From Lentihominibacter sp. (GTDB lineage Bacteria > Bacillota > Clostridia > Peptostreptococcales > Anaerovoracaceae): a DNA stretch of 64,000 nt. The stretch spans positions 221,976 through 285,975 of the forward strand of contig JBMNMR010000001.1 of the NCBI GenBank assembly GCA_050953465.1, in the 5' to 3' direction. Shown here in pieces: positions 38,260 through 47,850 of this stretch. How positions within the stretch are numbered: position 1 is the first letter of the stretch; the number at the start of each line of letters is the position of its first letter. The notes under the pieces are model-generated. The model did no database searches, was not told where the DNA came from, and saw only the letters and a program-made list of their open reading frames with translations. Made by a program: the position numbers and the translations under genes.

Positions 38260-38878
38260 TGTTCACACTTTCCTGTACATTCACGCTTTCTCCTTCGCTG
38301 TCGGCAATGAGTACCGCTTTTCTCTTTCTCTTATATATCTTCACATATGCTTTCTTCTCATGCGGCATATTGATTCCCAGTTCCAGTGAATTTATGCCCT
38401 GAATCATCATGAAAATTCCTACAAGAATTATGATAGATACGAAAGAGAACAGCGGATTGACAAATCCTAAAAATCCGATTAAAGTAGTTAAGACTCCCGT
38501 GAAAAGTGCCGATTTAAAATTGGTCCTTTTTTTCTCTCTGTCAATTCTTGAAGCTGCCTCAAGTCTCAGCAATCCCGACACCATAACCCACATTCCCAGA
38601 ACCATCGGCACTGCCATATCCACAGTCAGCTGGTTGAAAAGAATCAGAATGCCCAAAAGCAGGGTCAGTAAAGCATCGATAAAAATCCATCCATTGTTAT
38701 CTACTCTGTTATGAACACCTCTTCCAATCAAATAGGAAAGTATATGGATAATCCCCCAGATTACCATCACCGTTCCCACCACAAATGCCATGGTCATGAA
38801 TGTCTGCCCCGGGTTAATGAAACAGAATGCCCCGGTAGCTATAAAAAGAATTCCGCTTGCTATGGTTAACGCTCTCAT
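38249..38878 (-). CDS. HdeD/DUF308 family membrane protein
   Basis: About 6 TM segments in the DUF308 pattern (GAFCFINPG..GWIFIDALL). Start ATG 38878 preferred; 38890 is possible. Confidence 0.8.
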   Translation of the reverse strand: MRALTIASGILFIATGAFCFINPGQTFMTMAFVVGTVMVIWGIIHILSYLIGRGVHNRVDNNGWIFIDALLTLLLGILILFNQLTVDMAVPMVLGMWVMVSGLLRLEAASRIDREKKRTNFKSALFTGVLTTLIGFLGFVNPLFSFVSIIILVGIFMMIQGINSLELGINMPHEKKAYVKIYKRKRKAVLIADSEGESVNVQESVNNGL

Positions 38879-38883
38879 ATTAC

Positions 38884-39030
38884 TCACCATATATCATCAT
38901 AAGCTTCCGAACTGTATCCGTGCTTATTTCCTTTTCGTATTATTGTTTTCTCAGTGAGTTTGAAAAAAATCGCAAAAACTCCCGTGATAACAATCACCAC
39001 TCTTAAAAAACAGTTTATCTTCTTAATCAT
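38884..39030 (-). CDS. Unannotated 48-aa single-TM small protein
   Basis: MIKKINCFLRVVIVITGVFAIFFKLTEKTIIRKGNKHGYSSEAYDDIW*. SD AAAGGA; extended -10 TGGTATAAT (TATAAT at 39080-39085); stop is 5 nt before the hdeD-like ATG. Confidence 0.65.
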   Translation of the reverse strand: MIKKINCFLRVVIVITGVFAIFFKLTEKTIIRKGNKHGYSSEAYDDIW

Positions 39031-39103
39031 TTCAATCCTTTCAGGTTAATTATCCAGTATCTCTGCAAATAACTTGTGTATTATACCACATAATATCTGC
39101 CGT

Positions 39104-40324
39104 TTACAGTCCCATATCGTTTTTGATTGTGCTGGCGAACTTTATGGCATCGTTTCCGAATCTGTCCCTGATGTCATCAATTGCCCTTTCAGCCTTTTCG
39201 CTGACATCGGTTCTCACATTCTCTGAAGCGAAAAGAGATAGTTGCTCCGCCTGGTTTTCATCGCAGAGATTTATACCCGTTACCGTAAGCATCCTGATAG
39301 GGTTTCTGTTCTGCCACGACTTACCGATTATTTCCATGGCTGCTTCGGCAATTCTGTCTGTCAGGTTGGTCGGATTGTCCAGCTGTATCTGTCTGGAGAT
39401 TGTTTTAAGTCCTGGATCTTTGATGTCCACCTTAACTCCAAAGGCTTTAACCCTGTTCTTCCTCAAACGTGATGCCACCTCATCGCTGAGTCCTGTCACT
39501 GCAGTTCTGATTTCCTTCATGCCTGAAATATTGCGGCTGAAGGTTGTCCCGTGTCCTACGGATTTCATTCTTTCCAGCTGATCAAATCTGAGTACCGGAG
39601 TGATATCCAGACCGTTGGCGTAATCATGGATTTCTCCGCCGTGTTTACCCAGAAGCTCCATAACCATGAAACGATCGGATACCGCCAATTCTCCAATTGT
39701 TTTTATTCCGCAAGTACGAAGCTTTTGTGCAGTGACTTCTCCCACAAAAAAGAGCTCTCCTATGTCCATCGGCCATAGTATATTTCTGAAATTATCTCTC
39801 GTTATCTCCGTCGTGGCGTCGGGCTTTTTGTATTCGCTCCCCATCTTTGCGAATATCTTGTTGAAAGATACTCCTACAGATATTGTAAGACTATATGTTT
39901 CCTTTACTTTTTTCCGTATGGCATTCGCAATTTCCACACCCGTTCCGAAAAGCCTCCTGCTGCCTGTCACATCCAGCCATGATTCATCGATGCTGAATGG
40001 CTCCACCTGATCTGTAAACTCCTGATAGAGTCCGTTTATCAGCCTGCTGTAATGTCTGTATTTTTCGTGATGAGGAGGAACTGTTACCAGATCCGGGCAC
40101 TTCTTTCTTGCCTGCCACAGTGTTTCCGCTGTCACTATTCCATGAGCCTTAGCGATTTCGTTTTTGGCTAAAATAATACCGTGACGGCTCCGCGGATTGC
40201 CACAGACTGCCATAGGCTTATCTCGTAATTCGGGATAGTCCAACAGTTCAATGGATGCAAAGAATCCATTCATATCACAGTGTAAAATCACTCTGTCTTT
40301 CATGTTTACAGCTGATTGCAGCAT
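39104..40324 (-). CDS. dinB: DNA polymerase IV
   Basis: ILHCDMNGFFAS, SIDESWLD, SVGVSFNKIFAKMGS..KPD. Start may be 40303. Confidence 0.95.
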   Translation of the reverse strand: MLQSAVNMKDRVILHCDMNGFFASIELLDYPELRDKPMAVCGNPRSRHGIILAKNEIAKAHGIVTAETLWQARKKCPDLVTVPPHHEKYRHYSRLINGLYQEFTDQVEPFSIDESWLDVTGSRRLFGTGVEIANAIRKKVKETYSLTISVGVSFNKIFAKMGSEYKKPDATTEITRDNFRNILWPMDIGELFFVGEVTAQKLRTCGIKTIGELAVSDRFMVMELLGKHGGEIHDYANGLDITPVLRFDQLERMKSVGHGTTFSRNISGMKEIRTAVTGLSDEVASRLRKNRVKAFGVKVDIKDPGLKTISRQIQLDNPTNLTDRIAEAAMEIIGKSWQNRNPIRMLTVTGINLCDENQAEQLSLFASENVRTDVSEKAERAIDDIRDRFGNDAIKFASTIKNDMGL

Positions 40325-40326
40325 TT

Positions 40327-41205
40327 TTACAGCAAATCTTTTATAGCCTCATATACCCTAATAGCAACATCAGGGTTGTTCATGGTATAGATGTGAATCC
40401 CTTCCGCCCCATTTTTTATCAGATCGCGGCACTGCCCTACGGCATAATCAATACCTGCTTCATAAAGTCCCACAGAATCATGCTCGTAATCGGCAATCAT
40501 TCTGGTAAATTTTTGTGGCAGGCTGGCTCCGGACAGCTGAACTGTCTTTTCAATCTGGCTTGATTTAACTATTGGCATAATACCTGCCGATATGGGGATG
40601 CTTACGCCGCTTCTTCTGGCCTTGACAATAAAATTGTAGAACTGTTCGTTGTCAAAGAACAGCTGGGTTATGAGCACCTTGACTCCCGCTCCTATCTTGT
40701 ATTTCAGGTTCTGTATATCATCATCCAGACATCTGCTCTCATAATGCCCCTCCGGATAGCATGCCCCCAGAATTTCCAGATTATCATTGCATTTTCTCTG
40801 TATTTCAATGGCAAGCTCATTGGCGTGAGCAAATTCTCTCTTGATGTCATCTCCCGGAACAATATCCCCTCGAAGAGCCATAACATTTCTTATATCCGCA
40901 TCTGCGAAGCGCTCTATCATAACCTTCACATCCTCCTTTGTGGAGTTAATGCAGGTCAGGTGTGCAACTGTTTCTATTCCGAAACGCATTTTTATGTTAG
41001 AAGCTATATCACAGGTGGAATTGTCTGCAATATTGCCGCCGGCTCCATAAGTGACACTTATGAAATCCGGGTTTGTAATCTTCAGCTTTTCAACTGCATT
41101 GTAAATGGAATTGATATTGGACTTTCTCTTGGGAGGAAACACCTCCAGCGAGAAAACCGGCTTTCCCAGCTTCCTTTTATGTTCAAATAATTCAGGTATT
41201 TTCAT
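40327..41205 (-). CDS. metF: Methylenetetrahydrofolate reductase
   Basis: SLEVFPPK, FISVTYGAGG, AHLTC, ALRGD, YPEGH, ITQLFFD, HIYTMN. Confidence 0.95.
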   Translation of the reverse strand: MKIPELFEHKRKLGKPVFSLEVFPPKRKSNINSIYNAVEKLKITNPDFISVTYGAGGNIADNSTCDIASNIKMRFGIETVAHLTCINSTKEDVKVMIERFADADIRNVMALRGDIVPGDDIKREFAHANELAIEIQRKCNDNLEILGACYPEGHYESRCLDDDIQNLKYKIGAGVKVLITQLFFDNEQFYNFIVKARRSGVSIPISAGIMPIVKSSQIEKTVQLSGASLPQKFTRMIADYEHDSVGLYEAGIDYAVGQCRDLIKNGAEGIHIYTMNNPDVAIRVYEAIKDLL

Positions 41206-41234
41206 TGATGCTCCCTCCTGATGAAAAATAAATC

Positions 41235-42014
41235 TTACTTGTATTTATTAATCCTTATACGTATTCTGTCCTTTCGGCTGGCCCCGCCGATTTCGGCAAG
41301 AACCGCCTTGCCTTTTCCCCGCATTGCTATTTTATCACATTCTTTTATTTCCATATCCACTTTCAGAGATTCCATGCTGTTGACGGATACTATTCCTCTC
41401 CTTATTGCTTCGGCAGCCTTTGCTCTTGAAAGGCCGAAAGCAGAAGCGACAACATTATCCAGGCGCAATGATGCGACCGTATCATGTCTCTCCTCGATAT
41501 TCACATTCCCCGCATCCAGCTCCGAAATCGGCAGTATTTCCGCATCAAGGTTCGTACTGCCCGCCTTATGGTAATTCGTGTAAATATAATCGGCAATATC
41601 TGCCAGTACTACTATATCCGCTCCGTCTTCACTCACCAGTATATCCCCTATGACATCACGTGTTATTCCAAGAGCCAGAACAGATCCCAAGTAATCCCTG
41701 TGGGTAAGTTTCCTTCCCCCTTTTGGGGTCCTTACCCTGATAACGCTCAATAGTTCCTCTAAATGCTGCTCTTCGCTCTCCGGCTCAGCGTGCATATAGT
41801 CCGGCAGACACACCGCCACACATCTTTCCGCATCATCATAGCCCCCGTATAATTTCAGTTTCACACCGGCGGGCAACACCTTACCGCTCCGGCAAAAATC
41901 AGCTGCTATTCTTTTCTGATGCATGTCCATAAATCCGGTGCTGGTTATCATGTATTTGTCAGAGCATTGTTCAATTTTGTCCTCAAGCTGTGCTATGAGC
42001 ATCTTCATTTTCAT
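41235..42014 (-). CDS. ylmH: YlmH/Sll1252 family S4-domain RNA-binding protein, probably leaderless
   Basis: TGFMD, YGGYDDAER, HRDYLGSVLALG, SLRLDNV..RGKGK. Confidence 0.88.
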   Translation of the reverse strand: MKMKMLIAQLEDKIEQCSDKYMITSTGFMDMHQKRIAADFCRSGKVLPAGVKLKLYGGYDDAERCVAVCLPDYMHAEPESEEQHLEELLSVIRVRTPKGGRKLTHRDYLGSVLALGITRDVIGDILVSEDGADIVVLADIADYIYTNYHKAGSTNLDAEILPISELDAGNVNIEERHDTVASLRLDNVVASAFGLSRAKAAEAIRRGIVSVNSMESLKVDMEIKECDKIAMRGKGKAVLAEIGGASRKDRIRIRINKYK

Positions 42015-42055
42015 GCTACAATTATATCATAATTTCGATAGCAGGGAGGCCAACC

Positions 42056-42778
42056 ATGAAAGCTTTTAACAAATACTTTGACCACACTCTTTTAAAGCCT
42101 GACGCAACTGACATTCAGATACTGAAGCTGGCAACCGAGGCAGTCACATACGACCTGGCTGCTGTCTGTGTCAACGGCTGTCACGTGCGTTCTGTCAGGC
42201 AATTTTTAAACACTTTCGATTCCGATGTGAAAGTTGCAGCAGTTGTGGGATTCCCTCTGGGAGCCATGTCAACCTGTGCCAAGGCTGCGGAAACCCGTAT
42301 CGCTATAGGGGACGGTGCCGATGAAATAGATATGGTCATCAATATCGGTGCGGTCAAAGACCGGAATATGGACTACGTTAAAGACGAGATTGCTTCCCTT
42401 GCCGAAATATGCCATGGAACTCTCTCCCTTTCAGGTGAACCTGTAGTCCTTAAAGTTATAATAGAAACCTGCCTCCTGACCGATGATGAAATTGTGGACG
42501 TGACAAAAATAATAATGGCTGCCGGTGCGGATTTCGTCAAGACTTCAACCGGCTTCGCTGAAGACGGAGCTACAGTGCATGGAGTCTCTGTAATTAAAGC
42601 TGCCATAGATGACCATGCTGCTGCAACAGGCATTGCCCCTGTCGGGATAAAGGCTTCCGGCGGAATCAGAACTCTGGAAGATGCCCGTGCCATGATTGAA
42701 TCCGGAGCAGACAGGCTGGGATGCAGTTCGTCCATAAACATTCTTTCCGAGTTGGACGAGGAGCATCAAAAAGCGTGA
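42056..42778 (+). CDS. deoC: Deoxyribose-phosphate aldolase
   Basis: DHTLLKP, VGFPLG, GADEIDMVINIG, KVIIET, FVKTSTGF, KASGGIR. Confidence 0.96.
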   Translation: MKAFNKYFDHTLLKPDATDIQILKLATEAVTYDLAAVCVNGCHVRSVRQFLNTFDSDVKVAAVVGFPLGAMSTCAKAAETRIAIGDGADEIDMVINIGAVKDRNMDYVKDEIASLAEICHGTLSLSGEPVVLKVIIETCLLTDDEIVDVTKIIMAAGADFVKTSTGFAEDGATVHGVSVIKAAIDDHAAATGIAPVGIKASGGIRTLEDARAMIESGADRLGCSSSINILSELDEEHQKA

Positions 42779-42798
42779 TTGCCCCACAATATTGCATT

Positions 42799-43779
42799 CT
42801 AACAAATTCTCGGCAATCCTTCCCCGTAAAGAACGTCGAACTTTCTGGTGGCTCCCAGTCTGGTTCTTATATAAGCACCTTCCCCGGACACTGCCTTCCC
42901 GATTACTGCAGCATTAGCTCCGTTGACAGTGCCACGCACAGCCTCCAGGGCTTTATCCGCCTGGTCGGCAGGAACCACGGCAATCATCTTGCCCTCATTG
43001 CCCATATAGAGCGGATCCAGTCCGAGTATCTCGGCAAATCCCCTGACTTCGGGACTAACGGGAATCAATTCTTCTTCAAGTTCTATTCTGCAGGCGGAAC
43101 TGTCTGCAATTTCGTTTATCACCGTTCCCAGTCCGCCTCTGGTAATATCCCGCATGGTTCTTACATCTATCCCCGCCGCAAAAAGGGCTTCAACTATATC
43201 GTTAAGCACAGCACAGTCACTTTCAATACTGTTTTCTATTTCCATTCTGTGGCTGAGAATACAGGCATGATGATCTCCCAGATTCCCGGAGCATATTATC
43301 ACGTCACCTTCCCTGCAATTTGAGCTGCTCACATCACGTCCCCCGGGTATTTCTCCGATTCCCGTGGTATTGATTAACATACCCCCATTACCTTCAACAA
43401 CTTTAGTATCCCCTGCGACTATAACAACCCCCGCTTCTCTTGCCTGTCTGGCCATGGATTCCACCACTCTGTCAAGGAGTTCAATTTCAAGTCCCTCCTC
43501 CAGTATAAATCCGCAGGTCAGATACCTGGGCACGCCTCCCATCATTAAAAGGTCGTTTACCGTTCCGCAAACACATAGTTTTCCTATGTCTCCGCCTTTG
43601 AATTCCAGCGGCATTACGACAAATGAATCCGTACTGCATGCTATTTTGCCGGATATATCCAGCACTGCCGCATCCTCCATTTTATCCAGAATCCGGTTTT
43701 TAAAATGTTTTCCGAATATATCTCCCATAAGCTGAGCGGAACTCTTGCCGCCGCTACCGTGGGCCATGGTAATTTTCAT
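42799..43779 (-). CDS. hypE: Hydrogenase maturation carbamoyl dehydratase HypE
   Basis: HGSGG, STDSFVV, GTVNDL, GDTKVV, RDITRGG, C-terminal LPRIC. Confidence 0.97.
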   Translation of the reverse strand: MKITMAHGSGGKSSAQLMGDIFGKHFKNRILDKMEDAAVLDISGKIACSTDSFVVMPLEFKGGDIGKLCVCGTVNDLLMMGGVPRYLTCGFILEEGLEIELLDRVVESMARQAREAGVVIVAGDTKVVEGNGGMLINTTGIGEIPGGRDVSSSNCREGDVIICSGNLGDHHACILSHRMEIENSIESDCAVLNDIVEALFAAGIDVRTMRDITRGGLGTVINEIADSSACRIELEEELIPVSPEVRGFAEILGLDPLYMGNEGKMIAVVPADQADKALEAVRGTVNGANAAVIGKAVSGEGAYIRTRLGATRKFDVLYGEGLPRIC

Positions 43780-43809
43780 TAATTATTCCTCCAATGCCTT
43801 TTCCGTATA

Positions 43810-44850
43810 TTATTTGTTACGATACCAGATACCACAGGACCCCTCTGAGGAAACCATACACGGTCCGAAAGGGTTTACAGGGGTGCATTTTGTGGCGAAC
43901 ATCGGACACTGATCCGGGTTAATTTTACCGGTGATTACTGCTCCGCAGCAGCATTCCTTCGGCAACTCCATATCTTCAAAGAGTTCCCGGCTGCCTCCGT
44001 CAAAAGCAGCATACTTCCCACGCAAATACAGTCCCGAATCCTCTATTATTCCAAGTCCCCGCCACATGGCGGGTCCGGTTTCATACACTTCTTCAATTGC
44101 AGCCAGGGCTTTAGCATTTCCCGCATCGCGGACGGCATTACTGTACATGTTCTCTGTTCTGCCCATGCCACTTTCCGTCTGCCGCACAATTCTGTATATC
44201 GCTGCAAGGATATGTTCAGCTTCAAAGCCTGCAACAACGAAAGGTCTGTGATATTGAGCCGCCAGCTCATCGTAGACATTGCTTCCGGTAATTACACTCA
44301 CATGCCCCGGGCATATAAATCCATCAATATCTTCCTGATTGTCACAAATCCATTTCAATGCAGGTATCGCTGTCTTAAGTGATGTAATCAGTTTTATGTT
44401 GCCAAGACCTCTTCGCTCTGCCTCCTGAATCATAAGTGCGTAGGCGGGAGCTGTGGTTTCAAAACCTACCGCAGCCACAACGTATGTAATCTCAGGATTG
44501 GCCCCGGCCTTTTCTATAGCCTCAAACGGGGAATACATCAGCCTGATATCAGAGCCGGCCGCCTTGTTCTCCGATAAGCTTCCGCCCTTACCCGGCACCT
44601 TCATCATGTCTCCAAAGGTGAGAAGCACCGTATTAGGAGCCTTTGCATACTCAACACACTTATCTATGAAAGCGGTAGGTGTTACGCAGACAGGACACCC
44701 CGGTCCCGAAATCAGTCTGATTTTCGGCGATATCAAATCGCGTATTCCGTTCCTGAAAATTGCGGCAGTGTGAGTACCGCAGACTTCCATGAGTTTAAGC
44801 TCTCTTCCATTGTAGTTTTTCAGATAATCGATTACTTCTCTGATTTCCAT
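43810..44850 (-). CDS. hypD: Hydrogenase maturation protein HypD
   Basis: MEVCGTHT, GPGCPVC, GFETT, PGHVS, C-terminal 4Fe-4S motif ..CMVSSEGSC. True start ATG 44850. Confidence 0.96.
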   Translation of the reverse strand: MEIREVIDYLKNYNGRELKLMEVCGTHTAAIFRNGIRDLISPKIRLISGPGCPVCVTPTAFIDKCVEYAKAPNTVLLTFGDMMKVPGKGGSLSENKAAGSDIRLMYSPFEAIEKAGANPEITYVVAAVGFETTAPAYALMIQEAERRGLGNIKLITSLKTAIPALKWICDNQEDIDGFICPGHVSVITGSNVYDELAAQYHRPFVVAGFEAEHILAAIYRIVRQTESGMGRTENMYSNAVRDAGNAKALAAIEEVYETGPAMWRGLGIIEDSGLYLRGKYAAFDGGSRELFEDMELPKECCCGAVITGKINPDQCPMFATKCTPVNPFGPCMVSSEGSCGIWYRNK

Positions 44851-44869
44851 GCAAAACCTTCCGGTGCAT

Positions 44870-45085
44870 TTACACCAAACCCTCCAGATCGGCAAAAAGA
44901 TCAATGATCTCCTGTGCCTTATCCTTCTCCATAACTTCAATGGCGCAGCCCGCATGAACAAGGACATACTGACCTACCTCGGGCTCGATAAGACCCACAT
45001 TTACTTTAACGCTATTGCCGTTGAAATCCACTTTAGCAGTGGTTCCGTCTATCTCCGTTACTCTTCCCGGTATTGCTACACACAT
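44870..45085 (-). CDS. hypC: Hydrogenase maturation chaperone HypC
   Basis: MCVAIPG, YVLVHAGCAI. Confidence 0.96.
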   Translation of the reverse strand: MCVAIPGRVTEIDGTTAKVDFNGNSVKVNVGLIEPEVGQYVLVHAGCAIEVMEKDKAQEIIDLFADLEGLV

Positions 45086-45088
45086 ATG

Positions 45089-45574
45089 CTATTCCTCCCC
45101 TGAAATCCTGCAGATATCAACCCATCCCTTTGCGTCTGAATACTTTTCCAGCTCATCACATGTCAGCTCTATAGCGCTGTTATCGCTGCCGCATGCGGGA
45201 AATACCGTTTCAAATCTCCTCATAGATTCATCACAGTATACATCCACATCATCTCTCTCAATGGCGAAGGCACAAACTCCGCCAACAGCATGTCCCGTAT
45301 ATTCGATAACCTCTTCGGGCTTAAGCATCTTTGCCTTAAAACCAAAGGTGTCCTTGAATTTCCTGTTATCGATTCGTCCGTCACCGGCCATCTGCACCAG
45401 TATGGCACCGGCACCTTCCGGCTTCAGGAATGACATGGTTTTGCATATTCTGGCGCCCTCGACTCCCACGGCCTCCGCCGCCAGGTCTACCGTTGCACTG
45501 GACACATCAAACTCCATCACTTTATCTTCCATACCAAATCGACTGAAATATTCTTTTACTTTATCAATTGCCAT
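45089..45574 (-). CDS. YbaK/EbsC family aminoacyl-tRNA deacylase-like protein
   Basis: SSATVDLAA, ICKTMSF, TGHAVGGVCAF, VFPACGS. Start ATG 45574 with SD GGAGG. Confidence 0.88.
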   Translation of the reverse strand: MAIDKVKEYFSRFGMEDKVMEFDVSSATVDLAAEAVGVEGARICKTMSFLKPEGAGAILVQMAGDGRIDNRKFKDTFGFKAKMLKPEEVIEYTGHAVGGVCAFAIERDDVDVYCDESMRRFETVFPACGSDNSAIELTCDELEKYSDAKGWVDICRISGEE

Positions 45575-45604
45575 GACACATCCTCCGTTTTTTACACGAG
45601 ATTC

Positions 45605-45633
45605 ATTATACAACAAAAGCGGAGCTTATGCAA
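45605..45633 (-). promoter_or_regulatory. Putative promoter of ybaK-hypCDE, embedded in the upstream terminator
   Basis: Minus strand TTGCAT-17 bp-TATAAT; the -35 is the loop of the terminator hairpin. Confidence 0.6.
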
Positions 45634-45643
45634 AAGCTCCGCT
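45618..45643 (-). terminator. Intrinsic terminator after the ABC permease gene
   Basis: AGCGGAGCTT-6 nt-AAGCTCCGCT followed by TTTT. Confidence 0.8.
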
Positions 45644-45660
45644 CTCAAATTTTGTTGCAA

Positions 45661-46479
45661 TTACTGTAAATTCAGCTTCTTTGTCATTATTCTCTCGCTT
45701 ACGATATGGAATATAACCAACTGTATTACTGTCACAAGAATCATTACGCCCATAACTGCATTAGCCAGTCCTGTTTCTCCAAGGACACGCACTGCGTCCT
45801 CAAACAAGGATTCTATGTGGGCAGTATCGACAAAACTGACAACAATTGAAAAAATCACGCCCAAAACAATGTTAATTCCTATATACGCTCCAACTGCCAG
45901 CAATATTCTGTGTCTGTTCACCAGCTGACCTATGCAGAGGGATGCGTATACCTGATATATGGACTTGAGCACCCCGAATATCCCCAGAATTATGAACTCA
46001 AATCCTATTAATATTAATATGGGCTCTGCTTCCAGCTCTTTGAATATCTCGGATAATACAGCAAAGGCTTCCCGGCTGTCATTTATGCAGATTATTGTGA
46101 CCACCGATAATACTGCAACAATACCTCCTGCGATAACCACTATAGCTGCCACAATTCCCTTGGCAGTAATCAGCTGCCAGGTCTTGAGTGGCAGTGTATG
46201 CATAAGATACCCCTCTTCACCCAGCAAACCCTTGTAAAAACGAACAACAACTATTATTATTGTTGCAACTATCATTGCAACAAACAGAGCAAAATATATT
46301 ATCAAAGGAATCGCTTCGAGAAGATTCTTTATCACCTGGTTACCTTCCCCTGCAAAAAGATTCTGAGTAACCTTGTTTGTAATGCCCATAAGCAGGCCGG
46401 CAGCCAGCAATCCTGCCCAGAGTATGCCTATAAAGCCAATACTTGAGCGAAATTCATACTTAATCAATTTGATTGTCAT
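45661..46479 (-). CDS. ABC-2 type transporter permease (YtrA-regulated exporter type)
   Basis: KLIKYEFR start, RFYKGLLGEEGYLMHTLP, about 6 TM segments. Confidence 0.8.
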   Translation of the reverse strand: MTIKLIKYEFRSSIGFIGILWAGLLAAGLLMGITNKVTQNLFAGEGNQVIKNLLEAIPLIIYFALFVAMIVATIIIVVVRFYKGLLGEEGYLMHTLPLKTWQLITAKGIVAAIVVIAGGIVAVLSVVTIICINDSREAFAVLSEIFKELEAEPILILIGFEFIILGIFGVLKSIYQVYASLCIGQLVNRHRILLAVGAYIGINIVLGVIFSIVVSFVDTAHIESLFEDAVRVLGETGLANAVMGVMILVTVIQLVIFHIVSERIMTKKLNLQ

Positions 46480-46480
46480 A

Positions 46481-47287
46481 TTATTCCCCTTTCTCCCTGC
46501 CATCTTTTGCAGCAACAATTACCTCGCGCGGATCTCTGTACACCCATTTTTCCTCCTTCAAACCCTGTGCTGCCGTTACCGGTACCATCCGGAATATTTC
46601 TCTGAACAGCTCGTCAATGGACTTCCCTTCCTTCTCCTTTACGGCATCAACTGTTTCATGTCTCACTACTCTGCCATCCTTCAGGAAGATAACCTCATCC
46701 AGAATCCTTTCGATTTCCGAAATCAGATGAGTTGATATTATAACCGTCCCCTCTTCATTGTAGTTGTTGATTATTGTTGAGAGAATGAAATCTCTTGCCG
46801 CAGGGTCAACACCGGCAATAGGCTCATCCAGCAGATAGAGTTCCGCTCTTCTGGACATAACCAGAATAAGCTGTACCTTCTCGCGAGTACCCTTTGACAT
46901 GGACTTAATCCTGTCTTCGGCTCCTATACCAAGCGATGCACACATGGCCTCAGCCTTGGCACGATCGAAATCTTCATAGAATTCCCCGAATAATCCCAGA
47001 AGATCCTTAACCTTCATCCAGTCGGCGAAATAAGGTTTGTCAGGCAGATAGCTTATGATTGACTTGGTGTAAGGTCCGGGTTTCTCTCCGTCAACCATAA
47101 CATCTCCCAGAGTAGGAACCAGCAACCCGTTGATTATCTTGATCAGTGTGGTTTTACCGCTGGCATTGGGCCCTAAAAGACCTATTATCTTGCCGCGACC
47201 GATTTTTAAGTCAACGCAATCCAGAGCCTTAACTCCGCTGAAATTTTTGGTCAGGTTGGTGCATTCCAGCAAAATCTCCTTCTTCAT
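46481..47287 (-). CDS. ABC transporter ATP-binding protein
   Basis: GPNASGKTT, MSKG signature, LLDEPIAGVD, STH. Confidence 0.93.
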   Translation of the reverse strand: MKKEILLECTNLTKNFSGVKALDCVDLKIGRGKIIGLLGPNASGKTTLIKIINGLLVPTLGDVMVDGEKPGPYTKSIISYLPDKPYFADWMKVKDLLGLFGEFYEDFDRAKAEAMCASLGIGAEDRIKSMSKGTREKVQLILVMSRRAELYLLDEPIAGVDPAARDFILSTIINNYNEEGTVIISTHLISEIERILDEVIFLKDGRVVRHETVDAVKEKEGKSIDELFREIFRMVPVTAAQGLKEEKWVYRDPREVIVAAKDGREKGE

Positions 47288-47290
47288 CTA

Positions 47291-47653
47291 TTATTCCTCC
47301 CCTTTTTCTTCAATCATCTTCACTATGTCTGACGGTCCATATCCTATGGACTTCATTTCTGCAATAAATCGTTCCACATTCTCTCTCGCCAATGATTCCT
47401 TCATTTGTGCCACTAACCTTTCATCCGTAGTTACGGTTCTTCCCGATGTTCTGTTTGTGATAACAAGCCCCTCATTTTCCAGTTCGCTCAGTGCCCTCTG
47501 CATCGTGTTTCTATTAACCCCTGCATCTGCCGCCAAGTCCCTGACTGTAGGAAAACTTCCGCCCATAGGATACTCACCCGCAACTACGGATTTAACAAGC
47601 TGTTCTTTCAGCTGAGGCCAGATGGGTCGGGAATCATCCAGTTTCCATGCCAT
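47291..47653 (-). CDS. GntR family (YtrA subfamily) transcriptional regulator
   Basis: RPIWPQL, PTVRDLA..GVNRNTMQRA; short C-terminus; first gene of the ABC operon. Confidence 0.92.
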   Translation of the reverse strand: MAWKLDDSRPIWPQLKEQLVKSVVAGEYPMGGSFPTVRDLAADAGVNRNTMQRALSELENEGLVITNRTSGRTVTTDERLVAQMKESLARENVERFIAEMKSIGYGPSDIVKMIEEKGEE

Positions 47654-47670
47654 ATTCACATCCCCTTTCG

Positions 47671-47725
47671 TATTATTGTCTTAAGTGCTTAAGACAATAA
47701 TAGAGCATGACTCGACCATTGTCAA
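47671..47725 (-). promoter_or_regulatory. GntR-ABC promoter with overlapping palindromic operator
   Basis: TTGACA(47720-25)-17-TATTAT(47697-702). A perfect 15-bp inverted repeat TATTATTGTCTTAAG-tg-CTTAAGACAATAATA (47671-47702) covers the -10 and +1. Confidence 0.8.
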
Positions 47726-47850
47726 CCCTTTTTAAGATAGTAATTTAAATTAATCTGTTCATGCAAATCATAATATGGTAGAATGAAATTGGTTATAAGA
47801 TTAGTTTGTAACAGTTCTATACTTTTGTCCTGTTTGAAAGGGGGATTATT

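Noticed and set aside
39104-41234. SOS (LexA) box for dinB or SAM riboswitch for metF
   Set aside because: No GAAC-N4-GTTC site seen; intergenic gaps are only 2 and 29 nt.
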